IMG/VR virus record: IMGVR_UViG_3300025113_000005 | Coordinates: 1-59,813 of that record | Length of the DNA stretch: 59,813 nucleotides | Direction: 5' to 3' (one strand) | Source: a virus | Taxonomy: Duplodnaviria > Caudoviricetes | Shown here: positions 9,920 to 19,456 of the stretch, in pieces | How positions within the stretch are numbered: position 1 is the stretch's first letter | Layout: the number at the start of each line of letters is the position of its first letter | Translations under genes and position numbers: made by a program | The notes under the pieces: model-generated | Seen by the model: the letters and a program-made list of their open reading frames with translations, nothing else | Databases searched by the model: none | Told to the model about the DNA's origin: nothing

Positions 9920-10376
9920 ATCGAGGAACGCTAACTGAGTTGGTAACACCATGCAGCGCCTGAAGGTTGATGATCGCAGGCATTTCGTCCAGGTGCAGAG
10001 AAAAGCTAGGTTGCAGCTGGGCACGGGTATCCCAGAACAAAGTAGGGGCATAGCCTTCAACAGGAAATAGATGATCGATGATTGCCGTCTGTCTTGCACC
10101 GGTTGGACCATCAACATGACGCTCGAGCTCGGTATTGGGTTCGATGTACATAATGAATGGGATGAATGGCACCGTCACAATAAGTCGCAGGCGGCTGAGT
10201 TCCGGGGCCATGATGCCGAAGAACTCAGGGCGCATGCGTGACAGACCGTTGTAGTGCTTCTCAACAGATGAGATGTGCTGCTCAATGACATCATGGCGTC
10301 GAAGGAGGTAGTTCACTATTCTCTTCTTCGCAGGCTGCGGCAGCAGCGGGAAACCTAGTGACAGATATGGACGCAT
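9825..10376 (-). CDS. cupin/2OG-Fe(II) oxygenase-like protein
   Basis: RHVD..LHGVTN..RFNFQ. Confidence 0.7.
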   Translation of the reverse strand: MRPYLSLGFPLLPQPAKKRIVNYLLRRHDVIEQHISSVEKHYNGLSRMRPEFFGIMAPELSRLRLIVTVPFIPFIMYIEPNTELERHVDGPTGARQTAIIDHLFPVEGYAPTLFWDTRAQLQPSFSLHLDEMPAIINLQALHGVTNSVSVPRFNFQMAFDLPYAEVVERHLQGKLFRQVPAWP

Positions 10377-10388
10377 GAGGTATTTACT

Positions 10389-11324
10389 TTGACCACCTAC
10401 TCATACCAGAATCAACTGCAGTTCGGATACGGCCCGCAGGCGTTCAATCGTCGGGATCATGGGCTGGATCTGTGGTACAACTTCAATCGCGCTGAGCGAC
10501 AACCCATCTCATTTGTCGATGAGCTGAAGCGCACCGCTCAGGTGGTGTACGAGCAGGCACGTGCCATGGGTCGCCCCATTTACCTGCTGCTTTCTGGCGG
10601 GCTGGATAGCGCCGTTATGGTGAAGGGCTTCAAGGCCGCAGGGGTGCCTTTCAAAACTGCCACATACGTGTTCAACGATGGGCTAAACGAACATGAGATG
10701 CAGTACATACGTCCATTTGAGGCCGCTGAGAACCTCGATGCCGTTCATCTCAATATGGATATTCGAAAATGGATGCACGATGGTGAGGCGCTCGATCTCT
10801 TCCTACGTACCGATTCATGGGAAACAGGAACTCTGCCGCTGATGAAGCTCATGGGTCACGTGTGGAGCGAACTGGGTGGTCTGCCGGTGTTTGGTGGTGG
10901 TGACATCGATATAGTCCAAAAGGAGGGTGCATGGTACTACGGGCGGTATGAGAGCTTCCTTTCGCGTTACTGGTACTGTGACATCGCTGGCATCTCGGAT
11001 TTCGTGTCATTCTTCCAACATACCCCTGAGCTGACGCTTGCCATGCTTTCAGACCCGCTGATCGCGAGGGCTGCGACTGGACAGGATCAGCTGGCGAATC
11101 GAGTGCTGCGCAACCTAAAGATCGTGAAGTTCAAGGTGTATCATCGAGACTTTCCAGACCTGCAGCGACGCATCAAGTTTGGTGGCACTGAGCTCATTCA
11201 CAGCTGGCTTAGCCCACTTGAGGACAGCTGGCGCGCCAAGCGCCAGCTGAGCTATGGTGATCTTTGGATGATCCCATATGATGAGCTAATGGAGAAGCTC
11301 AGACCGCTTGGGTCAGTTTACTGA
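10389..11324 (+). CDS. PP-loop ATPase, paralog of 8921-9919
   Basis: LSGGLDSA; shares HVWxELGGLPV, FFQxTPExTLAMLxDP and KxxGxE blocks. Confidence 0.75.
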   Translation: MTTYSYQNQLQFGYGPQAFNRRDHGLDLWYNFNRAERQPISFVDELKRTAQVVYEQARAMGRPIYLLLSGGLDSAVMVKGFKAAGVPFKTATYVFNDGLNEHEMQYIRPFEAAENLDAVHLNMDIRKWMHDGEALDLFLRTDSWETGTLPLMKLMGHVWSELGGLPVFGGGDIDIVQKEGAWYYGRYESFLSRYWYCDIAGISDFVSFFQHTPELTLAMLSDPLIARAATGQDQLANRVLRNLKIVKFKVYHRDFPDLQRRIKFGGTELIHSWLSPLEDSWRAKRQLSYGDLWMIPYDELMEKLRPLGSVY

Positions 11325-11813
11325 CGACGTCGAAGGCGGATAGAGGCGCTGCTGCTGACGAGTGAGCCCCTCATTCAGCTCCTTCCACGTCTTAGGCTGC
11401 TCCATCGGTGGAGCAGATGCAGGTCGAGCTGGAGCTGTGATCACCTCGGCAGCTGGAGCTCCGCGACCGTGCGCGAGCGGCGGAGGTGGGGGCGGTGAAG
11501 CCATGGCTCTTGGAGATGGAGCTGCCAGCGGAACTGGGACTGGAATCGGCGCAGCGCCTGGTTCTAGCCCTGCGGCAACCTTGTTGCTAAGCAGAGCGAT
11601 CATCGCCTGCTGAAACCCCGCGTTCTGCGCAAGCTCGCGAGCGAGCGCCTCATTACGCGCCTCAAGCCGAGCGACGTGCTCCTTCAGCGCCGTTTCCTTG
11701 GCGTAGCGGCTGTCCAGCTGAAAGAAAAATGGAATGGCGACAACGAGAGCTGATACGACGGCAGCCGCCGTCATAGGCACACCCAACCGCTTCAGCTCAT
11801 CAAAGATGGCCAT
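11313..11813 (-). CDS. membrane-anchored coiled-coil/Pro-rich protein
   Basis: N-terminal TM helix, heptad region, polyproline tail. Confidence 0.6.
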   Translation of the reverse strand: MAIFDELKRLGVPMTAAAVVSALVVAIPFFFQLDSRYAKETALKEHVARLEARNEALARELAQNAGFQQAMIALLSNKVAAGLEPGAAPIPVPVPLAAPSPRAMASPPPPPPLAHGRGAPAAEVITAPARPASAPPMEQPKTWKELNEGLTRQQQRLYPPSTSSVN

Positions 11814-11834
11814 GACAGGTGCTCTGCGCTTAGT

Positions 11835-11933
11835 TTAGCGCTGGCAGTAGTTCTGCTTGTACGGGCACTTGTGCGCGCAGGCACCAAGAAGCAGAACGCT
11901 TACCACGGCTACGGTTGCTACGATGATTCTCAT
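11835..11933 (-). CDS. very small lipoprotein (32 aa)
   Basis: MRIIVATVAVVSVLLLGA-C lipobox; GGAGG RBS; TATAAATA at 11977-11984. Confidence 0.6.
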   Translation of the reverse strand: MRIIVATVAVVSVLLLGACAHKCPYKQNYCQR

Positions 11934-11998
11934 GGAGGCCTCCCTTTGAGCAGGCAGCACAATTGCTGCCTTGGGATATTTATACCTCGCTTCTCTGG

Positions 11999-12337
11999 TT
12001 AGACTGAGAAGCTGGAACCGCAGCCGCACTTTCCGACGGCATTCGGGTTGTTGATCACGAACTGGGCACCCATCAGCTCCTCGACGTAGTCGACAGATGT
12101 TCCTGCCAGGTACTGATGGCTCATCGAGTCAATCATCACCCTGACCCCGTCAGCGACCACAGCGACGTAGTCGTCCTCAGCGGCCGGTTCTGCGTCTAGG
12201 GTGAAGCCCTGCGTGAAGCCCGAGCAGCCACCTCCCTGCACGAAGACGCGCAGCGCCAGGTCTGGTTGTCCAGCTTCGATAAGAATCTGCTGGATCTTTG
12301 TGATGGCGTTGGGTGTGAAGGTGAGCTGCGGTTCCAT
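11999..12337 (-). CDS. erpA: A-type Fe-S cluster carrier (ErpA/IscA/HesB)
   Basis: [12 protein letters not shown]...[14 protein letters not shown]; AAGGAG RBS. Confidence 0.92.
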   Translation of the reverse strand: MEPQLTFTPNAITKIQQILIEAGQPDLALRVFVQGGGCSGFTQGFTLDAEPAAEDDYVAVVADGVRVMIDSMSHQYLAGTSVDYVEELMGAQFVINNPNAVGKCGCGSSFSV

Positions 12338-12347
12338 GGGGTTCTCC

Positions 12348-13277
12348 TTACAGAGGGAATAGGGCGGTGCCGCACTCGCGGCAGTGCTTGAAGCCCGAGC
12401 GGTTGGAGGTCCCACACGTCGGGCAGTCAATGCGGGTCTTGACAGTAACGGGCCTCGTGACCTTGTCCTCGCCCAGCTGACCAAGCAGCTTCAGTACCAT
12501 GACGTGCTTCTGCCCGTCGGTCGGGAACCACGCGCCGTGCTGGAACTGCTGGTTGCTCTCCGATCCCGGCACGGTGATGCCGGCGTCGCTGACCTGGTTG
12601 AAGTAGGCAGCCTGAGCGGCGTTCTGCGGAATGCCGGCAGTTCCTGAGGCAGCTGACAGCGAGGCTGAACCGAGAGACGTGCCTCTGCCCCGCGAGGCGC
12701 TTGACTTCAGCGTCGTCGATGCCGCGTTCGCGGTGGTGGTTTTGCTGTTAGATACGTCGCCAATCGAATCTGAGACACTGGTGTTGAACGAGTTAGCGGT
12801 TGAACCGAAAGCACAGTCAGTTGTCGAGCTGTACCACGGGCCTTCTCCCCAGTAGTACGGATACGGGCGGCGGCGCCAGTACTCGTCGACATACGTGCGC
12901 TTGATGGTCTCGATCTTCGCGGCCTGCTGCTCGAATTCAAACTCCACTCGGATCAGGCCATCCTCGGCCTGAATGCCGCGAGGGCCATTCTCGATGCGAG
13001 TGGTACGCTCGATGAACCGAAACCGGTTGCCGTTTGACAGGTTGCCGTTCTTGATGAACCGCTCCAGGTCGATCGACCCGTTGGCTGGCACGATCAGGCT
13101 GGTGCCCTCCGTGGCGTCCACGCCGTCAATTGAGACCCGTACAAGGGATCGCAGGGCGTTTAGGTTCTTGAAGTGGAGGGAGTACTCACTGCCAAAGGGG
13201 ATGAGGACAGTGTCGCCTTGCTCGCGTAGGACGCGGCCATTGTGCTTGACGGCGCAGACAAGCTTTTGCTGATACAT
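12348..13277 (-). CDS. hypothetical protein with C-terminal zinc ribbon
   Basis: CPTCG..CRECG; TATAAATA at 13369-13376. Confidence 0.7.
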   Translation of the reverse strand: MYQQKLVCAVKHNGRVLREQGDTVLIPFGSEYSLHFKNLNALRSLVRVSIDGVDATEGTSLIVPANGSIDLERFIKNGNLSNGNRFRFIERTTRIENGPRGIQAEDGLIRVEFEFEQQAAKIETIKRTYVDEYWRRRPYPYYWGEGPWYSSTTDCAFGSTANSFNTSVSDSIGDVSNSKTTTANAASTTLKSSASRGRGTSLGSASLSAASGTAGIPQNAAQAAYFNQVSDAGITVPGSESNQQFQHGAWFPTDGQKHVMVLKLLGQLGEDKVTRPVTVKTRIDCPTCGTSNRSGFKHCRECGTALFPL

Positions 13278-13376
13278 CACGTATCTTCCTTTCCCAACAT
13301 CTTGAAACCGGTCACCCACTAAGACCGCGAAGTTAGCCAGTTACGGCAGTGGAGTTGCGTTGGTAGACTATTTATA

Positions 13377-13910
13377 TCACACTGCGCCAGCGAGATCAGG
13401 ATACTTGTCAGGTTGCTTCACCAAGAAGATCAGGTTTACCTTGACAGGCCGCCTCTCCAGATCAGATTGCTGGCGCCACCACTTCAGGTGGTTGTCCCAT
13501 CCGATAACTCCATCGACTACCTTGGTGTGCACCGCCTCAGCGCTGTCGCTCGGTTCAAACACCTCTTTGCGAAGCCCGTTGTCGCGAAGCGCGGTGACCT
13601 GGTGACCTGACTGTACCAGCCCATGAGCCCAGCGGCTGAGCGCCTTCAGCAACCCAGTCGCGCGTCGGTCAGTCGATAGAAGAGTGGAAGGCCCTGAGGC
13701 CCGCACGATGAGGTCGCCGCCGATGTGGGCCACGCCTGTGTTGTACTTGCTGAAGGTTTCTGGTTTGATGGTACCACCGAACTTGTTCACGATGCCGTTG
13801 AACTCCTTGCGCAGCTCCTTGCGCCAGTAGTCAGGCGCCTCCTTGTCCTTGGCTCGCTCCTCTGGCGAGCGGCGCACCTGCTTCTGTTCAATGAGCTCTG
13901 CTGTCTTCAC
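13377..13910 (-). CDS. paralog family A late protein
   Basis: MKTAELIE; RRATGLLKALSRW..GHQV. Confidence 0.65.
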   Translation of the reverse strand: MKTAELIEQKQVRRSPEERAKDKEAPDYWRKELRKEFNGIVNKFGGTIKPETFSKYNTGVAHIGGDLIVRASGPSTLLSTDRRATGLLKALSRWAHGLVQSGHQVTALRDNGLRKEVFEPSDSAEAVHTKVVDGVIGWDNHLKWWRQQSDLERRPVKVNLIFLVKQPDKYPDLAGAV

Positions 13911-14449
13911 TTCGACGCCTTCACGACGCGCAGCTGCCGTGGTTTCGGCGGCTCCTCAGCTGGCTTCTCTACCTTCGGCTCATCAAGGCCGTACTGGAAG
14001 ATGATGGTGTAGCCACCAGCGCTGCTGTTGTTGATGTAGAGCTTGTCACTGACACGGTTCTCGATGTAGGCCAGCGTGTCATCGGGGTAGATGGTCTTTG
14101 GGACGGCGTCCTGCAGCTGGTGGTACGCGCCCTTCCAGTAGCCACCAGGCGGAAACTGCCCTAGCCACCGAATGTCGTAGGTGACGACCTCGCGGCCCCG
14201 CTCCTTGTGGTCATGCAGGTGCTTAGCTACCGCCTTCTGCATGGCAGCCACCCGCTTCCCCAGCCGTAGCGCCAGCTCGCCCTTCTCGACGTCCTTCAGC
14301 TCCCCGCCGAAGGTCCAGCGGTCCTTCACCTGCACTGGCTTCTTGCGGTGGGCCAAGCCGTAGCGCTTGGCGAGCGCACGAAAGGCGTCGTCCTCCTCCT
14401 TCACCCAGTCAGGGAGGGCCTTGGCCTCAAGCAGCTCATGCGTTTTCAT
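13907..14449 (-). CDS. paralog family A late protein
   Basis: MKTHELLE; WTFGGEL..KRVAAMQKAVAKHL..GREV. Confidence 0.65.
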   Translation of the reverse strand: MKTHELLEAKALPDWVKEEDDAFRALAKRYGLAHRKKPVQVKDRWTFGGELKDVEKGELALRLGKRVAAMQKAVAKHLHDHKERGREVVTYDIRWLGQFPPGGYWKGAYHQLQDAVPKTIYPDDTLAYIENRVSDKLYINNSSAGGYTIIFQYGLDEPKVEKPAEEPPKPRQLRVVKASK

Positions 14450-15264
14450 GGCATCTGCACCCTAAGGATGATGTTGCCCTTCACCCCCTGCACCAGCTTT
14501 GTCAGCAGGTGGTCCTTGAATACCTGCTCAAAGGAGGCAGGATCCTCTATCTGCTGAACGGTGCCCTTGTTAGTAGCCAACGAGAGGACCATGCCTTGTC
14601 GAAAGAGGTCATCGAGCAGCTCACCCATCTGATGGGCGAAGCGGGTAACGCGGGCCTTCATAGGAGCTATCTGATCCTCTTCGTTCTTGGGTGGCATGAC
14701 CCGTAGCGACATCATCAAGGAGCGAGCGTCCTCATGCGGGACCTTCACCTGTGAAACCGGATCTAGATCGAGACCTAGCTGAGTCGCCAGCTCCTGTGCC
14801 TTCTCGAGGTGGGCATCCAGCACCTGGATGGGGGCCTGCTGCGCTTCCTCGAGCTGCTTTGGTCTAGAGGCGTGCAGCGCTACTGGGAGGATCCACTGTG
14901 CGATGCCGCGCTTGAGTCCCTTTGCCATCTCACGAGCCAGCTCAGTGGGGGTAGCTCCGCTGTGCAGCTGATGGGTGACAGCTCCACCGACCATGGCCGA
15001 GAAGTCGGCTCCCTTCAGCTCGCTGAAGAGGTAGGTGGCCAGCTGCCGGCAGGCAAGCTCAAACAGCTTCTGCGGCCCAAGCAGGTGCTCGTCAGCCGTT
15101 GCTCGTAAGGCCTTCAGCATGAAGGACATCAAGACCACCTCGCCGTTGGCCGTCTGCTGAACCGATGGTGAGCTGCTGTCCCATTCCAGCGTTAGGCCTG
15201 CCTTGCGCGCGATGTCCTGCAGGCGGTCCATCTGGTCGAAGCTGAAGGGCTGCTTAGATGGCAC
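14446..15264 (-). CDS. paralog family A protein, probably two domains
   Basis: internal KQLEEA; both halves have a IA/LA-xxxGLxL motif. Confidence 0.6.
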   Translation of the reverse strand: MPSKQPFSFDQMDRLQDIARKAGLTLEWDSSSPSVQQTANGEVVLMSFMLKALRATADEHLLGPQKLFELACRQLATYLFSELKGADFSAMVGGAVTHQLHSGATPTELAREMAKGLKRGIAQWILPVALHASRPKQLEEAQQAPIQVLDAHLEKAQELATQLGLDLDPVSQVKVPHEDARSLMMSLRVMPPKNEEDQIAPMKARVTRFAHQMGELLDDLFRQGMVLSLATNKGTVQQIEDPASFEQVFKDHLLTKLVQGVKGNIILRVQMP

Positions 15265-16099
15265 CGTGCTTCCTTAGGAAGGGCTCGATGGTGGTGAAGG
15301 GAATGACCTTGGTGCCCTTCGGCACGATGCGCGTCTTCTTGATCCCCATCCATGTGTTGGATAGATTAGGAATGTCAGCTCGCTTGGAGTCGCTTTCCAT
15401 GTGTCCCAGGTCGTGGTCAACTGCCCAGCCCAGCAGGTCTCGGACGAAGTCCGCGTAGCGCTTAGACAGGGTGGTGCCCTGTCCAGCGACGTACTTCTTC
15501 TCCTTCTGCAGCGTGTTGAGCCACTTGATGACCTGCTTGATCTGCTTCTCGTCCTCAGGAAGCGAGACCAGGAAGTTGGCGCGGGCACCGTCTTTGTACT
15601 CACGGTACGCCCCACCGCCAAAGCTCAGCAGGTCGGTGACCTTGACTGAAGGATCAGCGCCCACAAACCAGGCGATGGTCGGGATCTGCTCCTTGTAGCG
15701 CACGTTTCCAGGGGGCCAAGCGATGAGGGCGTGCTTCACGAGCTGCTCCTCCACCTGTCCTTGAACAGCGTCCTCCTGGTGCTTGCTGCGCTCGGCCTTG
15801 GCGGCGATCTTCACCGCGCGGCCGCTGGCCATGAGCTCCTCAAGCTTCTTGGCCAGCGCCTTGAGGAAGCCCTTGCGGCGAGCGGCAATGCCAAGCACCG
15901 ACTCCTCGTCGCTCTTACCGCGGTGAGAGCCAAGTCCGCCGCCGTACCACGCACCGTCCTTGGCGATCTGTGGCCAACCCATGCCCGCGACCAGCGTCAT
16001 GTCGAACTTCTTCGCGAGGTCCTTGAACTCGAGGTTGAGCTTCTTAGAGGACGAGAAGTGGGTTTCGTCCTCTTCATAGAGGAGCTGATGGACCTTCAT
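15254..16099 (-). CDS. paralog family A late protein
   Basis: MKVHQLLYEE; WYGGGL..ARRKGFLKALAKKL..GRAV. Confidence 0.65.
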   Translation of the reverse strand: MKVHQLLYEEDETHFSSSKKLNLEFKDLAKKFDMTLVAGMGWPQIAKDGAWYGGGLGSHRGKSDEESVLGIAARRKGFLKALAKKLEELMASGRAVKIAAKAERSKHQEDAVQGQVEEQLVKHALIAWPPGNVRYKEQIPTIAWFVGADPSVKVTDLLSFGGGAYREYKDGARANFLVSLPEDEKQIKQVIKWLNTLQKEKKYVAGQGTTLSKRYADFVRDLLGWAVDHDLGHMESDSKRADIPNLSNTWMGIKKTRIVPKGTKVIPFTTIEPFLRKHGAI

Positions 16100-16590
16100 T
16101 TGTTGGGTGCCTCCTTGACAGGTAGAGCGGTAACGTGCCAAAAGATGCGCTGGGCGGGGTGACCGATACGCAGGAGGTCCTCAGTCGTCACTCGACTCAG
16201 TAGGTCGTCGGCGATGCTACCTGGTGACGAGCGCTTTATCCGATCAAAGAGCAGCGGGCTGGATGCCAGCCCGAAGTCGCCGGTGACCCGTATCTCATGA
16301 CCCTGTTCACTCAGCTGCTCCAGCGATTTGCCGAGGGCCTTGAGAAAGCCCTTCGTTCTGGCTGAAAGGCTCACCAACCGGTCAGCTTCCTTCTTGAAAC
16401 CACCACGGGGAAGCAGCAGACCACCGTACCAGGTACCTGCCTTGCGGGTAAGGGGGAAGCCGCTTGAGGCGTTCTTTCCCGATCCGTCGATGGTCAGTTC
16501 GTAGGGAGAGGCAGCGAGGTCGCGCCACTTCGCCATCTGCTGCTTGACCTCATCTGGTGCCGGCGCTTCGAGGAGCTGGCGTATCTTCAT
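16096..16590 (-). CDS. paralog family A late protein
   Basis: MKIRQLLE; WYGGLL..ARTKGFLKALGKSL..GHEI; TAAATA at 16615-16620. Confidence 0.65.
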   Translation of the reverse strand: MKIRQLLEAPAPDEVKQQMAKWRDLAASPYELTIDGSGKNASSGFPLTRKAGTWYGGLLLPRGGFKKEADRLVSLSARTKGFLKALGKSLEQLSEQGHEIRVTGDFGLASSPLLFDRIKRSSPGSIADDLLSRVTTEDLLRIGHPAQRIFWHVTALPVKEAPNK

Positions 16591-16613
16591 GTGTAATAGC
16601 CCGTGTCAACAGG

Positions 16614-17051
16614 CTATTTACTGAGGATGGACTCAATGGTCTCCACAAACCGGACACGGACGCGCGGTGGGTTGGGTGAGGTCTCGTACTCCTCGACAAG
16701 CTGCTCCACGGTCAGAGGTGCTGGGTCGATGTGCAACCGCGGCAGGTTGTTCTTGGCCGCGTCTCTGTAGACCACGGTAACGCGGCGCCTGTGGGTCTCT
16801 GCGATCTGCTGCAGTCCTTTGGCAAGGCGCAGCAGAAAGCCGCGGGCTCGCAGCTTGAAGGGCAGCGGTGGATCCGGCGGGAAGGCGTCCTCAATCGTGA
16901 AGATGAGGTGCTCCTCCTTCAGGAAGGTGGTGTGGCTGAGCGTCGAGTCCGACTGGACCTTGACCTTCACGTCAAAGTAGATGCAGGCATCCGCCAGCGC
17001 CTGCTCTATCAAGGTAGGGCTGCTGAGGAAGGTGTCAGTTACGACAGCCAT
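16614..17051 (-). CDS. divergent family A-like protein
   Basis: LRARGFLLRLAKGL. Confidence 0.55.
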   Translation of the reverse strand: MAVVTDTFLSSPTLIEQALADACIYFDVKVKVQSDSTLSHTTFLKEEHLIFTIEDAFPPDPPLPFKLRARGFLLRLAKGLQQIAETHRRRVTVVYRDAAKNNLPRLHIDPAPLTVEQLVEEYETSPNPPRVRVRFVETIESILSK

Positions 17052-18004
17052 CAGTCGATCAGACCGGCCTGCTTCAGGTGCTTCTTGGAGGCGGTCTTCT
17101 TGGTGGCGTGGTAGAGGCCGTTGGAGCTCAGCTCGTTGGCGCGGCGGGGGTGCAGAAACCCCTTGCCGAGGTGGATCACCCCCTTCTGATCCCGATACAC
17201 TACCTCGTTGGTGAGCAGGTCGCGGGCAGTTCCACCGACGACCTTGGGGGTCCCGAGGCGCTCGCGCTCGGTCTGGTTCAGCTCGTCCCAGGTGCGGACC
17301 TTGCGGTGATCGGGGCTGTTGCCGTAGTGGTAGCCCACGCGGAACTCGTCCTTGTTGCCCGGCTTCATGTAGACGATCTTGGCCTCAGGCAGCGGCTTCA
17401 GCTCGAAGTGGTACCAGACACCGTCGATGAAGTGGAGGACCTCGCGGTCGTTGAGGGGGCGCTTGATGGCCAGCAGCTCCTTGCGCTTGTTGGCCTCCTG
17501 CTCCTTGACGACTGAGCGGCGCGGTGCCTTCTGGGTCTTCTTGAGCGTACCGTCCTTCGGGCAGATGTAGTAGTCCTTGCCGCAGCGACTGATGGGGACC
17601 GCGTCGCCGTGCATCGTCTCCCTGCCACCAGAGCTGTAGCCACGAAAGGCCATCACGGCGCCCTTCTCGCTCACGAAGGCGTGACGTTCCACGCTCTGCC
17701 AGAGGTGCTGCAGGATGTGGGCGTTGATGACGCCGCGCATGTCGAAGGTCTTGCACAGCTCGCTGTAGGACTTGTCCCACTTCTTGCCGACGATGGAGCG
17801 GAGCCAGCCGTAGAGCGGGTTCAGGTTCTCGTTGAAGTCCTTGGTGTCGTACCCGATCTTGTAGTGGTGCTTCATGCCCTCGCGGCCACCGACCTCGTCA
17901 TCCTTGAAGCCCGAGGGGCCCTTCATGTGACGGTAGTTGCAGTGCTTGTCCCACGAGCGGGGACGCTCACGTTCGACCAGCAGCTTGTTGAAGTCAGAGC
18001 GCAT
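17051..18004 (-). CDS. hypothetical basic protein (early)
   Basis: long ORF directly behind an early-type promoter. Confidence 0.7.
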   Translation of the reverse strand: MRSDFNKLLVERERPRSWDKHCNYRHMKGPSGFKDDEVGGREGMKHHYKIGYDTKDFNENLNPLYGWLRSIVGKKWDKSYSELCKTFDMRGVINAHILQHLWQSVERHAFVSEKGAVMAFRGYSSGGRETMHGDAVPISRCGKDYYICPKDGTLKKTQKAPRRSVVKEQEANKRKELLAIKRPLNDREVLHFIDGVWYHFELKPLPEAKIVYMKPGNKDEFRVGYHYGNSPDHRKVRTWDELNQTERERLGTPKVVGGTARDLLTNEVVYRDQKGVIHLGKGFLHPRRANELSSNGLYHATKKTASKKHLKQAGLID

Positions 18005-18009
18005 GTTGC

Positions 18010-18039
18010 ATTATACACCAGGGGGCGCGGTTGTACACC
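18010..18039 (-). promoter_or_regulatory. early sigma70-type promoter GGTGTACA-N16-TATAAT
   Basis: related motif recurs at 32208-32237, 37144-37173, 46584-46614 and 56211-56241. Confidence 0.7.
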
Positions 18040-18098
18040 GTGAGCCTGTATTTATTTGTTACGCGAAAGCCATCCCGGAGACACCGTGAGGACCAAGC

Positions 18099-18296
18099 TC
18101 ACAGGGCCTCGCTCAGCTCGCATTGGTGGATGTATACGCTGTCGTCACCTGGCCCACCGCGATCGTAGGCCGCGTGCAGCTTCTGCTCGGCCTCCTGCTC
18201 GGACTCAGCCCACACAAGGCGAATGCCGTCCTTATAGGTCGTGTCGCCCATGTAGCGGGTCTTGGACAGCGTGAACACAGCAAGGTAGAGCTTCAT
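18099..18296 (-). CDS. small hypothetical protein
   Basis: start re-called at MKLYLAVF. Confidence 0.5.
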   Translation of the reverse strand: MKLYLAVFTLSKTRYMGDTTYKDGIRLVWAESEQEAEQKLHAAYDRGGPGDDSVYIHQCELSEAL

Positions 18297-18417
18297 AGGA
18301 GAATGACCTTCCAGTGGAGACAGAAGCGGCTCAGCCGTCGGTCCAGCAGGCGGCCGGGCTTGGTGTTCTGCGCCCGCCGCCTGAGCAGGCGTACCCGGGT
18401 CTTCCAAACAGGGCACC

Positions 18418-18672
18418 TCATTCGCCGCTCCTGTAGGCCTCGACGGCTTCCCGCACGCTCTTGAAGCCGGCTACCGAGATGAGGATCTCGATGGCCAGCC
18501 GCTCGAGGATGGTGACCGACTCCCCATCGATGGCGGCCTTCCAGGCGGTGCGCTCGAGCGAGCGGCAGGCCTCAGCGGCGACGGCGCGATTGAAGTAGGA
18601 GCCACCGATGTTGAGGACCGGATGGGGTGGCAGGCACTCGGCCAGCCACTCACCGAAGGTAGGTTTCGTCAC
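18418..18672 (-). CDS. small hypothetical protein
   Basis: GGAGG RBS before GTG 18672. Confidence 0.5.
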   Translation of the reverse strand: MTKPTFGEWLAECLPPHPVLNIGGSYFNRAVAAEACRSLERTAWKAAIDGESVTILERLAIEILISVAGFKSVREAVEAYRSGE

Positions 18673-18685
18673 GTGGGCCTCCTGC

Positions 18686-19063
18686 TCAGCGCACGAACAC
18701 TCGGGTGTCCGGGGCAAAGATGTCCGTATGAGCGAAGCCGTCCTCATCGACGATGGACTGGCCGCCGATCGCGAACCGATGATCTCCCTGGCTCAGCTTT
18801 CGACTGAGCTCGGCAACATGGGTCTCGTGAGCTACCCGTGCCGTGCGAGCGTCCAGAACTCCTTCCACTGCCGCGACCTGGTTGCGCAGCGCGTTGATCT
18901 GCTGCCGCATGCCATCCTCGCGAAGGTGGCTGGCGGCAAGATGGGACTCCTGCTTTCGAACGAGGTCAGCAGCACCGCTGATGATGCGCTGCTGGCGCCA
19001 GGCAAAGAACGCGGCGCCGGCGGTCGTGGCAGACAGGGTAACGATGGCGATGGTGACGATCAC
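18686..19063 (-). CDS. membrane-anchored coiled-coil protein
   Basis: N-terminal hydrophobic helix; AAAGGA RBS. Confidence 0.55.
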   Translation of the reverse strand: MIVTIAIVTLSATTAGAAFFAWRQQRIISGAADLVRKQESHLAASHLREDGMRQQINALRNQVAAVEGVLDARTARVAHETHVAELSRKLSQGDHRFAIGGQSIVDEDGFAHTDIFAPDTRVFVR

Positions 19064-19076
19064 GGTGAGTTTCCTT

Positions 19077-19406
19077 TCAGGCGGTGTTGAGAGTAGCGCC
19101 GACGGTCTTGGTGACCTCGCGTTCACGTTGGTGGGCTTCAGCCTTGCCGCGGACCTTCTCGAGGACCTCGACCTTGAAGGCCTCCGCACCGAAGGTGCGG
19201 ATTGCCTGGCAGAGAGTCCATTCCTTGGCCTGCGTCAGGGCTCGCGTCACGTGCCGCTTCCATCGACCCTCGACCGCGCGCTTCGGCGAAACGCCGCCGC
19301 AGACGGTGAGACCGACGTAGCGCGCACCGGTCGGAAGACACGTCACCTGGTAGATGACGTGCATGCGGTCCGACCGCTTCTTTCGCTTGTTGACTTGCTG
19401 CTCCAT
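19077..19406 (-). CDS. small GIY-YIG nuclease-domain protein
   Basis: VIYQVT..YVGLT..RWKRH..E..LN. Confidence 0.7.
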   Translation of the reverse strand: MEQQVNKRKKRSDRMHVIYQVTCLPTGARYVGLTVCGGVSPKRAVEGRWKRHVTRALTQAKEWTLCQAIRTFGAEAFKVEVLEKVRGKAEAHQREREVTKTVGATLNTA

Positions 19407-19456
19407 AGGTGCATTATACACCAACTGGAGCAAAGATGTAGGTTAGATTGTAACGC

